From contig JBIIJX010000003.1 of NCBI GenBank assembly GCA_044233495.1, positions 1 through 40,763 of the forward strand: 40,763 nt of DNA. The letters are read 5' to 3'. Of this stretch, positions 10,211 through 19,522 are shown piece by piece. Origin of the DNA: Candidatus Nanopelagicales bacterium. Its GTDB lineage: Bacteria; Actinomycetota; Actinomycetes; S36-B12. Made by a program: the position numbers and the translations under genes. Below the pieces are notes generated by a model. That model had not been told where the DNA came from and searched no databases. It worked only from the letters and a program-made list of their open reading frames with translations. The first letter of the stretch is position 1. Each line of letters begins with the position of its first letter.

Positions 10211-11365
10211 TCAGGCCGACCGGACGGCTTCGGCTACCTGTCGCGCGAACTCGGTCCACGTAGGGACGGCCTGCGGCTCGATTTCGCCTCGCAGGCCGTC
10301 GAGGGCCTGTGTGGCCGCCCAGGCACGGAAGGAGTCGGTGAGGCCGGCGCTGCTCATCCCCTCGATGCGCTTGGCACCGTGACCCTGCATGAGATCCGCA
10401 GCAGGCTGTACACCGTCGTACAGCACGGGCGTGCCGAGCCGGATGGCCTCCAGCACAGGTATGCCGTAGCCCTCGACGCCGATCGAGAGGAATGCCGTGC
10501 CCTCGTGCACCAGATCGTGCACCTGGGCATCACTGGCGCCCTGGATCCAGCGAACAGAACCGCGGGCCACCTGGTCGGCGATCGCCACGTTGATGCCGTC
10601 ATCGGACGCCGACGGGCCGCCGATGAAGACGAGCTCGGCGTCCACCCCGTGATCGTCGACGGCGGCGCGGAAGGCCTCGGCGATCTCGACGGGGCGCTTG
10701 CGGGCCTCCATGGTCCCGAGCCGGACGAAGGTCGCGCGCTGCTGAGTTCGGGGTGACCGGATCGGCAGGTGGTCACCACCGGGGTGCGCCACCGAGATGG
10801 GCAGCTGCGGATCACGGCGCAGACGGCCGAGGATGCTGTCGCGCGACCATGCGGAGATGCACACCACCGAGTCCGCAGTCGCCAGGTGCCGGAAGTACTC
10901 GCTCACCCGCGCGCTGGTGCCGGGGGCGAAGCGATAGTTGGCCGGCTCCGTCATCGGCAGCGTGTCGTAGCCGATCATGACTGTCGGCATCACGCGCGAG
11001 AACAGTTCGAAGCGGCTCAGCACGCTCGGCAGGTACGACACCTCAGGCAGCAGCCACGCGTCGTAGAGCGCGAGAAGATCTCCGTCCTTCACGCGGATGA
11101 TGTCGGCTGCGGCCAGCCTGACCTCGATCCACTCCTCGACGGCGGTGCGCAGGTCTGCACCCGGCTCGCGTGGGGTGAAGGGCAAAGTCAGCAGCTCGCC
11201 CGCCTGCTGCGGGGAAAGCAGACCGTGCCCCCCGCGCACTGGGATGACGAAGTCGGCCTGCACGTCTCCTGCCGGCCACTCCAGGGCGAGGTACTGCAGA
11301 ACGCGCTGGATGCCCGATGCGTAGGGGTCGCAGACGAACTGCTCGATGTCGATGCCGACGTGCAT
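10211..11365 (-). CDS. GT4-family glycosyltransferase
   Basis: SGIQRVL, GTMEARKR, EGYGIPVLEA; ATG 11365 overlaps the upstream TGA. Confidence 0.82.
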   Translation of the reverse strand: MHVGIDIEQFVCDPYASGIQRVLQYLALEWPAGDVQADFVIPVRGGHGLLSPQQAGELLTLPFTPREPGADLRTAVEEWIEVRLAAADIIRVKDGDLLALYDAWLLPEVSYLPSVLSRFELFSRVMPTVMIGYDTLPMTEPANYRFAPGTSARVSEYFRHLATADSVVCISAWSRDSILGRLRRDPQLPISVAHPGGDHLPIRSPRTQQRATFVRLGTMEARKRPVEIAEAFRAAVDDHGVDAELVFIGGPSASDDGINVAIADQVARGSVRWIQGASDAQVHDLVHEGTAFLSIGVEGYGIPVLEAIRLGTPVLYDGVQPAADLMQGHGAKRIEGMSSAGLTDSFRAWAATQALDGLRGEIEPQAVPTWTEFARQVAEAVRSA

Positions 11366-14300
11366 CAGGACTCCCCTCGCTGCGCAACGGTCTCCAGCAG
11401 TTCCAGCAGCTGGGCCGCATATCGAGAGGGGTGCTTCGCCGCGAGGTACTCCACGCGCATGCGCTCGACGAACGATGGATCCCATGGATTTCCGAGGCGC
11501 CTGTCGATGGCCTCCGCGACCATGACGGGGCTGACGTCGTCGGGAAGCCGGTCGATGAAGTCCGGAGTGTCGACATCGGTGCAGATCCCGCGGTTGGCGA
11601 CAGCGGGGGTGCCGTAGGCCGCCATATCGCTCAGCGGCCCGCTCACACCCAGCAGCGGGCTCACCCGCAACTGGATGCCCAGGTCGATGCCCAGCACGTA
11701 GTCGCGGAAGCGGTCATCGTCGACGAACCCGGTGATATCGAACTCCTCGATCCCAGCCTCTGCTGCCCGAACTGTCAGCTCCTCGCGCAGGGACTCGGGG
11801 GCGGAGCCGACGAGATGCAGGCTCACGCGCCGACCCCATTGGCTGAGCCAGGCGGCTGCCTCGACCACGACGTCGGACTGCTTGGTTCGCGTGTCGATGA
11901 ATCCGAACGAGGCGAGGTGAACGAGACCGTCGTCGAACCCCAGCCGGGTGCGTGCAGCACGTCGCATCTCGTCGGTGATGACGTCGTCCTGCGGACGCCG
12001 GTAGTTCGCGAAGGGCAGCAGGGTCAGCGGCACTCCCGTGTCGGCGTGCATGAACTCGGCAGCTGTAGGGGTGTGTCCGATGAGCAGTTGCGACCGTCGT
12101 GCAACCTCCCAGAAGGCCGTGCTCTGCAGCAGGCGCATGTCCTCGATCTGATCGTCGAGTGACGGTGTGAGTACACGTCGGTCCTTGCCGCGCAGCATCA
12201 CCTGCTGCAGGCCGCCGCGGTCACGCAGGGCGAGGTAGAGCTCGACGAGGCGGGTGTCGTGGGTGATGACCACGCAGTCGTGCTGCTGCACCAGCTGGAT
12301 GAAGGGCAGGTGGAAGTGGCTGTTGCCCACCACCGAGACGAGGACGTCATGGTCGTGCCCCCCGGCCATGAGCTCGTCGACTCGGCGCTGTTCGATCCTG
12401 ACGTCAGCAGGCAGGCCGGCAGCGACATCGGCATCGGCCGTCGTGTAGACGGTGACGTCGGCCAGACGTGCCAGCTCGATGACTGTGGCGGCGGTGAAGT
12501 CGGCCACCCCGGTGCGCTGGGGAGGCCACGGCGCCGCCACCCCGACGCTGAGGCGCAGGCCCTCGGGGGCCGAGGGGCGGTCGGGCCAAGCCAAGGGCGT
12601 GGAGGGGGCAGCGAGGCCCCTCAGAGGCCTCGTGACGGCCTCCTCGAGGGCCTCGTGGCTGTGGCGCGTCAGGTGGCCCAACTGCCGGCTTCGAGTGCGA
12701 GTGCTGCCCCGGGTGGTGCGCACAGCCCTCGCCAGGTCCCTGGGGCTGGCCGGGTCGGCCAGGAAGGAGCCGGAGCCCAGCAGTTCCCGATGGGCGGGGA
12801 TGTCGGACGCGACCACCGGAGCCCCCGCACGAAGGGCCTCGATGACGGGCAGCGAGAGGCCCTCGTCGAAGGACGGCACCACCACCACGCTGGCGTGGGC
12901 CAGCAGCTCGGCCATCTCCTCCTCGCTGAGGTGCTCCGCGAGCCGGGCCTCCCCCGGGCGCATCGCCGCGGCGATCGACCAGTGATGCACGCGATCGCCG
13001 GTTCCAGCCATGCCGATGACGACGACGTCACGGGTGGGCTCACCCGCAGTTGCGGCAGCGATACCGGCGAGCCCGCCGAACGTGTTCTTGCGGGCATCGT
13101 CACCGGTCATCAGCACGATCGGCCCATCAGCCCGACCGGCATCGCGGAGCGCACCTCCCGGCAGCGTGTCGCGTGGCCAAGCCACGCTGGCCACGGCCTC
13201 ACTGCCGTGCTTGCTCACGAGCTCCAGCACCTGCCGTCGGGTGAGATCGGAGATGCACACGTACTCGTCGTAGAGCATCAGCGCATCGAGGGCCGCCGCG
13301 TACTCCACCCGAGCTGCCACGTCGGCGAGATACACCTGAGGGTGATGCAGGGGGATGAAGTCGAACACCACGGCGATCTTTCGCGCGGCGCTCTGCAGCA
13401 GCGGCACGAGCGGTGACGACGATGACGTCATCGGCGACAACTGCAGAAGTGCAGAGAAGGCAGCAACGTCCTGCTCGCTTACGCGCACGATCTGGCGGCA
13501 GGTGCCGGCGAGTTCCTCCGGAAGCTCTTCCAAGCCGCGATCGACCAGCAGCACGACACGGTCGTCTCCGAGTTCGTCGCGCACAGCGAGCAGAGCGGCG
13601 CGGGCGAAGCGTCCGATGCCACGCCTGCCGAACGCTGCCGTCTGCAGGGCACGAGCGTCGACGAGGACTCGGCCCCCGTGGGCGTCAGCGGACGCCTCGG
13701 GGCGATCGGAGAGGGCAAGACGCAATCGCAGGGCGGCCCGCACCCGACCCAACTCGTCGTCGTGGTTGTCGACGCGCCGCTCGAGCAGCGCATCGCTGTC
13801 ATGCGGATCCGCCAGCCAGGCCCGCACGGCAACGGCGTCCTGTGCGGTGAATGACGTGAGGTCCAGCCCGAACGTGGGAGCCGGGGGGAGGCCTTCGGGA
13901 GAGATCCAGTCGACGGATGCCGCGGGCACGGGGCCGAGGAACGGCGCGGGTGTGAGGTGGCCCATGTTGACGGTGACGTGCTTCAGGTGCCTGTGCTGGA
14001 CCACCCTGCGCTGCACCGGCCCGGGCAGGTGCTGCAGCGCCACACGCGCTCGGTGCACGAGTGCCTTGACAGGGCGCCCTGCCTTGCGGGCGTAGCGCCA
14101 GGTGCGCGAGCCCTCCACCTGCACCAGTGCCGAGCGCAGTTCGTGGATCTGCTTCTCGTACTCCTCTACGGCAACCTCACCCCGGATGTCGTTGAGGATG
14201 AGCTCCCGCTGCCACGCCCGGCGGATATTCGCGCGATCCGCCCGGCCCCGCACCGCTGCCGCGTCCGAGGTGATCCATCCGTCTGCCCCTGCGTCGATGG

Positions 14301-14964
14301 CGTTGAACGGCACAGCAACGGCTGCAACGAGACCAGCGTGCTCATCGGCGACGTACCAGCGATTCACCCCATCGAATGCTGCAAGACTGTAGCCGCTGGC
14401 GAGGATGCGCGGCTCCCAGACCTCGTGGCTCGGTGTAGTCGTGCCTGGCAGCACCGCCTCGACGCACAGCACCCACGGCCTTAGGCGCTCAAGGCTGAGC
14501 CCCGCGAGCACGTCGGCCTCAGCTCCCTCCACGTCGACGGACATGAAGTGGACGGTGCTGACGTCGTGCGCTGCGAGGATGGCATCGAGGGAGTCCGTGG
14601 CGACGGTGACGTCCTCGACGGCGAACCCACGGCTGCGCGCGGCCTCGGCTTCACGAGGGTCAAGGGTGCCCAACCCGGTGCCCGGGACGCGATGGAACGT
14701 CAGAGTTCCCGCGCCCGTCGCGGCAGCCATCTGCACCACGGTGTCGCCCGGGCGATGGACGCGCAGATCTTCGGCGAGGTCGGGATCCGCCTCGATCAGC
14801 AGGCCGCGCCACCCGGAGTCGTACAGGCTCGCCGTGATCGACAGGTGCCGCGGCTCATTGGCGCCTACGTCGACGTAGGTCAGAGTGCGTGGGTCGAGAT
14901 CGCGAAAGGCCCGCCACACGCGGACGTCCTCCGCATTCTGGGCGTACGAGACCCGCCTATGCAC
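11365..14964 (-). CDS. FkbM methyltransferase - coiled coil - GT4 - GT4 multidomain glycan polymerase/terminator
   Basis: SYAQNAED, YVDVGAN, MSVDVEGAE, FDGVNRWYV (FkbM); RGIGRF and EGLSLPVIEA (GT4); PWPPQRTGVADFT and GNSHFH (second GT4). Confidence 0.85.
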   Translation of the reverse strand: MHRRVSYAQNAEDVRVWRAFRDLDPRTLTYVDVGANEPRHLSITASLYDSGWRGLLIEADPDLAEDLRVHRPGDTVVQMAAATGAGTLTFHRVPGTGLGTLDPREAEAARSRGFAVEDVTVATDSLDAILAAHDVSTVHFMSVDVEGAEADVLAGLSLERLRPWVLCVEAVLPGTTTPSHEVWEPRILASGYSLAAFDGVNRWYVADEHAGLVAAVAVPFNAIDAGADGWITSDAAAVRGRADRANIRRAWQRELILNDIRGEVAVEEYEKQIHELRSALVQVEGSRTWRYARKAGRPVKALVHRARVALQHLPGPVQRRVVQHRHLKHVTVNMGHLTPAPFLGPVPAASVDWISPEGLPPAPTFGLDLTSFTAQDAVAVRAWLADPHDSDALLERRVDNHDDELGRVRAALRLRLALSDRPEASADAHGGRVLVDARALQTAAFGRRGIGRFARAALLAVRDELGDDRVVLLVDRGLEELPEELAGTCRQIVRVSEQDVAAFSALLQLSPMTSSSSPLVPLLQSAARKIAVVFDFIPLHHPQVYLADVAARVEYAAALDALMLYDEYVCISDLTRRQVLELVSKHGSEAVASVAWPRDTLPGGALRDAGRADGPIVLMTGDDARKNTFGGLAGIAAATAGEPTRDVVVIGMAGTGDRVHHWSIAAAMRPGEARLAEHLSEEEMAELLAHASVVVVPSFDEGLSLPVIEALRAGAPVVASDIPAHRELLGSGSFLADPASPRDLARAVRTTRGSTRTRSRQLGHLTRHSHEALEEAVTRPLRGLAAPSTPLAWPDRPSAPEGLRLSVGVAAPWPPQRTGVADFTAATVIELARLADVTVYTTADADVAAGLPADVRIEQRRVDELMAGGHDHDVLVSVVGNSHFHLPFIQLVQQHDCVVITHDTRLVELYLALRDRGGLQQVMLRGKDRRVLTPSLDDQIEDMRLLQSTAFWEVARRSQLLIGHTPTAAEFMHADTGVPLTLLPFANYRRPQDDVITDEMRRAARTRLGFDDGLVHLASFGFIDTRTKQSDVVVEAAAWLSQWGRRVSLHLVGSAPESLREELTVRAAEAGIEEFDITGFVDDDRFRDYVLGIDLGIQLRVSPLLGVSGPLSDMAAYGTPAVANRGICTDVDTPDFIDRLPDDVSPVMVAEAIDRRLGNPWDPSFVERMRVEYLAAKHPSRYAAQLLELLETVAQRGES

Positions 14965-14970
14965 CCCACA

Positions 14971-14976
14971 AGGCTA
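14971..14976 (-). promoter_or_regulatory. -10 box (TAGCCT), leaderless start at GTG 14964
   Basis: TAGCCT-N6-GTG. Confidence 0.6.
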
Positions 14977-15049
14977 GGGGCGGGTGGTCGCTGTCCACTG
15001 TGCGGCTCGCGAAAGGAGCGACGTCGCCGCTTTGGGTCCTGCATCGATG

Positions 15050-15120
15050 GGGAGAAGTGAGCCAAGAACCGCAGTTTCGATGGCGCTTACCTCGTTTGTC
15101 CCGCGTCACGGGACAAACGA
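15050..15120. repeat. Solo copy of composite palindromic (REP-like) element
   Basis: GGGAGAAGTGAGCCAA-N21-TTACCTCGTTTGTCCC-GCGTCAC-GGGACAAACGA; contains a perfect 12-bp stem 15092-15103/15109-15120; aligns without gaps to 28410-28480. Confidence 0.85.
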
Positions 15121-15121
15121 C

Positions 15122-16108
15122 TCAGGGGATCTGCCACAGGGCGTGCGGATCGTCCAGCAGCGCCCTGTCGTGCCCGACCATCGCCCGGGCCATGGAGTCG
15201 AAGTCGACCGAGTGCCGCCACCCGAGCTGGGAGTAGGCCGCGCGACTGTCGCCCACGAGGATGTTGGTGTCGACGGGCCGGCCCTCGGAGATGTCAGCCA
15301 CCACGTGGTCGCCCCAGTTCATGATGCCGGCCGCCTCGAAGGCCTTCCTGATGAAGAACGAGAGTCGATGGGAGATCCCCGTGGCAAGGATGTAGTCACG
15401 AGGTTCGTCCGCCCTGAGCATGAGTGTCATCCCGGTGACGTAGTCGGGGGCCCAGCCCCAGTCCCTGGCCACCTCGATGTTTCCGAGTTCCACGGTGTCC
15501 TGGAGCCCCGCCGCAATGCGGGCGACGGCTCGGGTGATCTTGCGCGTGACGAAGTTCTGGCCGCGCAGCGGCGACTCGTGGTTGTAGAGGATTGCGGACG
15601 TGGCGAAGAGGCCGCCCTGCCGCGCCTCGCGCAACAACTCGATGGCAGCCGCCTTGGAGCGCGCATACGGAGTCTGGGGAGAGAACTCCGAAGTCTCGGT
15701 CTGGGGTGATCGATCCGCGCCCTCGAAGACCGTGCCTGACGCGGCTTCGAGCAGCCGGGGTTGGCCGTTGCCGGACCTGATCACACTCAGCGCCCCGGAA
15801 ACCAGAGCCCGAACGGCATCGACATTGACCTGCAGGGTGAGCTCGGGGTTGTTCACCGACTCCATGATGGAACTGATGCCACCGAGGTTGTAGATCTCAT
15901 CAGGTTCTGCTTCGACGACGAGCCGGCGAAGGGCATCGGAGTCGGCGAGATCGCAATCCACAACCGTCGCACCGGGCACGTAGCGGAGGTACTCCGCAAC
16001 GTCGGTGCCCGGCTTGACCACCGCCACAACCTCATGACCGGCGCGGCAGAGGCGGGCACTGAGGATCGTGCCGTCCTGACCGGCGGCTCCGGTGACGAGG
16101 GCACGCAT
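15122..16108 (-). CDS. GMD-like SDR, possibly GDP-4-keto-6-deoxymannose reductase
   Basis: TGAAGQDG, YARSK, NHESPLRG..FVTRKI, RDWGWAPDY; the GMD TSE motif is replaced by SGT. Confidence 0.75.
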   Translation of the reverse strand: MRALVTGAAGQDGTILSARLCRAGHEVVAVVKPGTDVAEYLRYVPGATVVDCDLADSDALRRLVVEAEPDEIYNLGGISSIMESVNNPELTLQVNVDAVRALVSGALSVIRSGNGQPRLLEAASGTVFEGADRSPQTETSEFSPQTPYARSKAAAIELLREARQGGLFATSAILYNHESPLRGQNFVTRKITRAVARIAAGLQDTVELGNIEVARDWGWAPDYVTGMTLMLRADEPRDYILATGISHRLSFFIRKAFEAAGIMNWGDHVVADISEGRPVDTNILVGDSRAAYSQLGWRHSVDFDSMARAMVGHDRALLDDPHALWQIP

Positions 16109-16132
16109 CCGTGTGACCTGCGAATCGCAGGA

Positions 16133-17137
16133 CTAGAACTTGCCCTCGGGGGCGCCCTCGAGCCGCGCGATGTCGGCGTCGACCATGATGCGCGCGAGTT
16201 CCGGAGGCAGGACCTTCGCCTCCCAGCCGAGCTTGGACTTGGCCTTGCCGGCGTCGCCGATGAGCTCGTCGACCTCGGTGGGGCGCAGGAACTTCGGGTC
16301 GAACTTCACGAAGTCCTCCCACTCCAGGCCCACATGCTCGAACGACAGCTGCAGGAAGTCGCGGATCGTGTAGGCGGTGCCGGTGGCCAGGACGAAGTCC
16401 TCCGGCTCGTCGGCCTGCAGCATCCGCCACATGCCGTCGGTGTACTCCGGCGCGTAGCCCCAGTCGCGAATGGCGTCGAGGTTGCCCATCCAGACCTCTG
16501 TCTGATTGCCCTTGACGATGTTGGCCACGGCGAGGGAGATCTTGCGGGTCACGAAGGTCTCACCGCGGCGGGGCGACTCGTGGTTGAACAGCTGACCGTT
16601 CACCGCGAACATGTCGTAGGCCTCGCGGTAGTTCTTGGTGATCCAGTAGGAGTAGACCTTCGCGGCGCCGTAGGGCGAGCGCGGGTAGAACGGGGTGTCC
16701 TCGTTCTGCGGCGGCGGAGACGCGCCGAACATCTCGCTGGTGGAGGCCTGGTAGAAGCGGATCGACGTGTCCGTCGTGCGGATCGCCTCGAGCATGTTCA
16801 GCGTGCTCACGCCCGTGGCCTCAGCCGTGTAGCCGGGCTCGTCGAACGAGACCCGCACATGCGACTGCGCGGCCAGGTTGTAGACCTCATGCGGGTGGAT
16901 CTCGCGCACCAGCTGCTGCATGCGGGCCGCGTCGGTGACGTCGCCGTAGTGCAGGTGGAGGTTCTTGCCGGGGATGTGCTCGTCGTGGTGCAGGTGGTCG
17001 ATGCGGGAGCGGTTGAACGTGCTCGAGCGGCGGACGACGCCGTGCACCTCGTAGCCCTTGTCCAGCAGCTGCTGGGCCATGTACGAGCCGTCCTGCCCGG
17101 TCACGCCCGTGATGAGCGCACGCTTCGCCTCAGACAC
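16133..17137 (-). CDS. gmd: GDP-mannose 4,6-dehydratase
   Basis: TGVTGQDGSY, YNLAAQSHV, QASTSEMFG, PRSPYGAAK, FNHESPRRG; GTG 17137 follows an AGGAGGA RBS. Confidence 0.95.
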   Translation of the reverse strand: MSEAKRALITGVTGQDGSYMAQQLLDKGYEVHGVVRRSSTFNRSRIDHLHHDEHIPGKNLHLHYGDVTDAARMQQLVREIHPHEVYNLAAQSHVRVSFDEPGYTAEATGVSTLNMLEAIRTTDTSIRFYQASTSEMFGASPPPQNEDTPFYPRSPYGAAKVYSYWITKNYREAYDMFAVNGQLFNHESPRRGETFVTRKISLAVANIVKGNQTEVWMGNLDAIRDWGYAPEYTDGMWRMLQADEPEDFVLATGTAYTIRDFLQLSFEHVGLEWEDFVKFDPKFLRPTEVDELIGDAGKAKSKLGWEAKVLPPELARIMVDADIARLEGAPEGKF

Positions 17138-17146
17138 CGTTCCTCC

Positions 17147-17155
17147 TGTGGATAA
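17147..17155 (-). promoter_or_regulatory. Consensus DnaA box (TTATCCACA) in the gmd leader
   Basis: Exact match, lying between a TAGGCT -10 (17169-17164) and the RBS; function not shown. Confidence 0.35.
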
Positions 17156-17190
17156 CTCGGGCAAGCCTATCCCCTGCCTACGATGGGTCC

Positions 17191-18018
17191 GTGCCCTCTG
17201 AGGTCGTGGCGGTGGTTCCGGGCTACCAGCCCGAGATCACCGACATCACCGGCCTCGTCTCCGCTCTGCTGTCATCGCAGGTGCCGGTCCTCGTCGTCGA
17301 CGACGGCTCCGCGGATCCGTCCTATCTCGACTCGTGCAGCGCACTGGGTGCGTCCGTCCTGCGTCACGAGGGCAACGAGGGGATCGCACGCAGCCTCAAC
17401 GACGGACTCGAGTTCGCGCGGACCTCGGGTGCGACGTGGCTGCTCACCGTCGACCAGGACACCGTCCTGCCCACCGGATACGTCGACTCGCTGCTGGCCT
17501 TCGCCGATCCGCGGGCGGGGGTGGTCGGAGCGGAGACCATCGGCGATGCCTCCGGCGACCTGCGCTACCCGACACGACAAGTGGCCGGCCATCTCGTCAC
17601 CGACGAGGTGTTCCAGACCGGCTCGCTGTGGCGGGTGGACGCCCTCGCGGGCCTCGGCGGATTCGACGAGGCTCTCGGCATCGATGCCGTGGACGCAGAG
17701 GCGTGCCTGAAACTGCGCGAAGCGGGCCTCGCGGTGGTGCTGGCCCGCGGGGTGCGGCTCGAGCACCGCTACGGATCCGGGCACGCGGTGCAACTGCTCG
17801 GCCGCTCGGTCGTGGCCACGGGCCACTCCCCGGCGCGCCGGGAGACGATGGTGCGCAACCGGCTGCGCCTGTTCCCGCGCGAGTTCCGGCAGTCCCCCAC
17901 CCACGCCCTGCGCACGCTGCGCCGCGTTGGCGTCAACGTCGTGCTCGGGGCCACCGTTGAAGACGACCGCTGGGCGAAGGCCAAGGGGAGCCTGCGCGGA
18001 CTGCTGCCGCGCGGCTAG
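17191..18018 (+). CDS. Rhamnosyltransferase-like GT2 (RfbF family)
   Basis: [38 protein letters not shown]; TACGAT-N6-GTG leaderless start. Confidence 0.85.
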   Translation: MPSEVVAVVPGYQPEITDITGLVSALLSSQVPVLVVDDGSADPSYLDSCSALGASVLRHEGNEGIARSLNDGLEFARTSGATWLLTVDQDTVLPTGYVDSLLAFADPRAGVVGAETIGDASGDLRYPTRQVAGHLVTDEVFQTGSLWRVDALAGLGGFDEALGIDAVDAEACLKLREAGLAVVLARGVRLEHRYGSGHAVQLLGRSVVATGHSPARRETMVRNRLRLFPREFRQSPTHALRTLRRVGVNVVLGATVEDDRWAKAKGSLRGLLPRG

Positions 18019-18028
18019 GGTCGGCCGC

Positions 18029-18892
18029 GTGAAGGGGATCATCCTGGCCGGTGGGACCGGCAGTCGCCTGTGGCCGATCACCAAGGGCGTGAGCAAGCAA
18101 CTGCTGCCCGTCTACGACAAGCCGATGGTCCACTACCCGCTGTCGACACTGATGGCGGCCGGGCTGCGCGAGATCCTCGTCATCACCACGCCTGAAGATT
18201 CGGAGTCCTTCTCCAGACTGCTGGGCGACGGGTCGCCGTGGGGAATGTCCATCCAGTACGCCGTGCAGCCGCGGCCGGAGGGCCTGGCGCAGGCATTCAT
18301 CATCGCCGAGACGTTCCTCGCCGGTGATCAGGCGGCGCTGATCCTCGGCGACAACCTCTTCTACGGCCCGCGCCTCGGTCGCCACCTGGCCGAGCTCACC
18401 TCCCAGGTCGGTGCGCACGTGTTCGCGTACGAGGTCGCGAATCCGACGGAGTACGGCGTGGTGGAGTTCGACGATGCAGGCGTCGCCCTCTCAGTGGAGG
18501 AGAAGCCCGCGCAGCCCAAGAGCAACTACGCGATCCCGGGCCTGTACTTCTACGACGAGACGGTCGTCGATGTCGCGAAGTCGATCAAGCCCAGCGCCCG
18601 CGGCGAGCTCGAGATCACGGCGGTCAACGACCACTACCTGCAGCAGGGCTCGCTCACCGTCACCGTGCTCGAGCGCGGCACCGCGTGGCTCGACACCGGG
18701 ACCTTCCGGTCCCTGCAGGACGCCGGCGAGTTCGTCCGCGTCATGGAGGACCGCACCGGAACCAAGGTCGGCTGCGTCGAGGAAATCGCATGGCGCAACG
18801 GGTGGATCACCTCCGACCAGCTCGTGGCGCTGGCGGAACCGCTGCTCAAGAGCGGGTACGGGGAGTACCTGATGCGGATCGCTGGGCGCTGA
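18029..18892 (+). CDS. rmlA: Glucose-1-phosphate thymidylyltransferase
   Basis: [47 protein letters not shown]; GTG 18029 lies 7 nt after TAGGGT. Confidence 0.96.
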   Translation: MKGIILAGGTGSRLWPITKGVSKQLLPVYDKPMVHYPLSTLMAAGLREILVITTPEDSESFSRLLGDGSPWGMSIQYAVQPRPEGLAQAFIIAETFLAGDQAALILGDNLFYGPRLGRHLAELTSQVGAHVFAYEVANPTEYGVVEFDDAGVALSVEEKPAQPKSNYAIPGLYFYDETVVDVAKSIKPSARGELEITAVNDHYLQQGSLTVTVLERGTAWLDTGTFRSLQDAGEFVRVMEDRTGTKVGCVEEIAWRNGWITSDQLVALAEPLLKSGYGEYLMRIAGR

Positions 18893-18909
18893 CAACTCAG
18901 CACGCCACA

Positions 18910-18928
18910 GGTGTATGCTTGGTGTATG
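18910..18928 (+). promoter_or_regulatory. vapB promoter/operator: GGTGTATG direct repeat spanning the TATGCT -10 and the start codon
   Basis: GGTGTATG at 18910 and 18921 (11-bp period); TATGCT-N6-ATG. Confidence 0.6.
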
Positions 18929-19129
18929 TCACGCACCAACATCGATCTTGACGACTCTGCCGTGGACATCGTCATGTCCCGCTTCAACTTCGCGACCAAG
19001 CGTGAGGCGGTGAACTTCGCCCTGCGAGCCCTGGCGGCCGAGCCCCTGTCCCTCGAGCAGGCGCGCAGCCTCCGGGGCTCCGGTTGGGAAGGCGATCTCG
19101 ACGCGATGCGAGAGTCGCGTACCGCGTGA
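18926..19129 (+). CDS. vapB: VapB antitoxin (VapB11-like)
   Basis: SRTNIDLDD...TKREAVNFALR...GSGWEGDLDAMR; GTGA overlap with vapC. Confidence 0.9.
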   Translation: MSRTNIDLDDSAVDIVMSRFNFATKREAVNFALRALAAEPLSLEQARSLRGSGWEGDLDAMRESRTA

Positions 19130-19518
19130 TCCTGCTCGACACATCAGCGTGGATCGAATTCCTTCGCGACACCGGAAGTCCGGTGTGCCGTCGCGTTGAC
19201 CACCTGCTTGGGTCCGAAATCGCCTCGTGCGATCCGGTGCGCATGGAAGTCCTCGCAGGGGCACGTTCAGAGTCGCATGTGCGTGATCTTCGGGGACTGC
19301 TCGCGCGGACCGTGACTTTGGAGGTCACGTCCGCGCACTACGAACTGGCCGCAACCCTCTATCGATCCGCACGACAGCAGGGCCTCACTGTTCGAAGGTT
19401 GACCGACTGCCTCATCGCGGCCGTGGCCATCACCCACGGAGTCCCGGTCCTTCACGCTGATCGTGACTTCGACGCGCTGGCGCAGGTCAGCGATCTGGTG
19501 ATTGACCCCGCCGAGTGA
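19126..19518 (+). CDS. vapC: VapC PIN-domain ribonuclease toxin
   Basis: LLDTSAWI, MEVLAG, DCLIAAVA, LHADRDF: full acidic tetrad. Confidence 0.92.
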   Translation: MILLDTSAWIEFLRDTGSPVCRRVDHLLGSEIASCDPVRMEVLAGARSESHVRDLRGLLARTVTLEVTSAHYELAATLYRSARQQGLTVRRLTDCLIAAVAITHGVPVLHADRDFDALAQVSDLVIDPAE

Positions 19519-19522
19519 CGCG

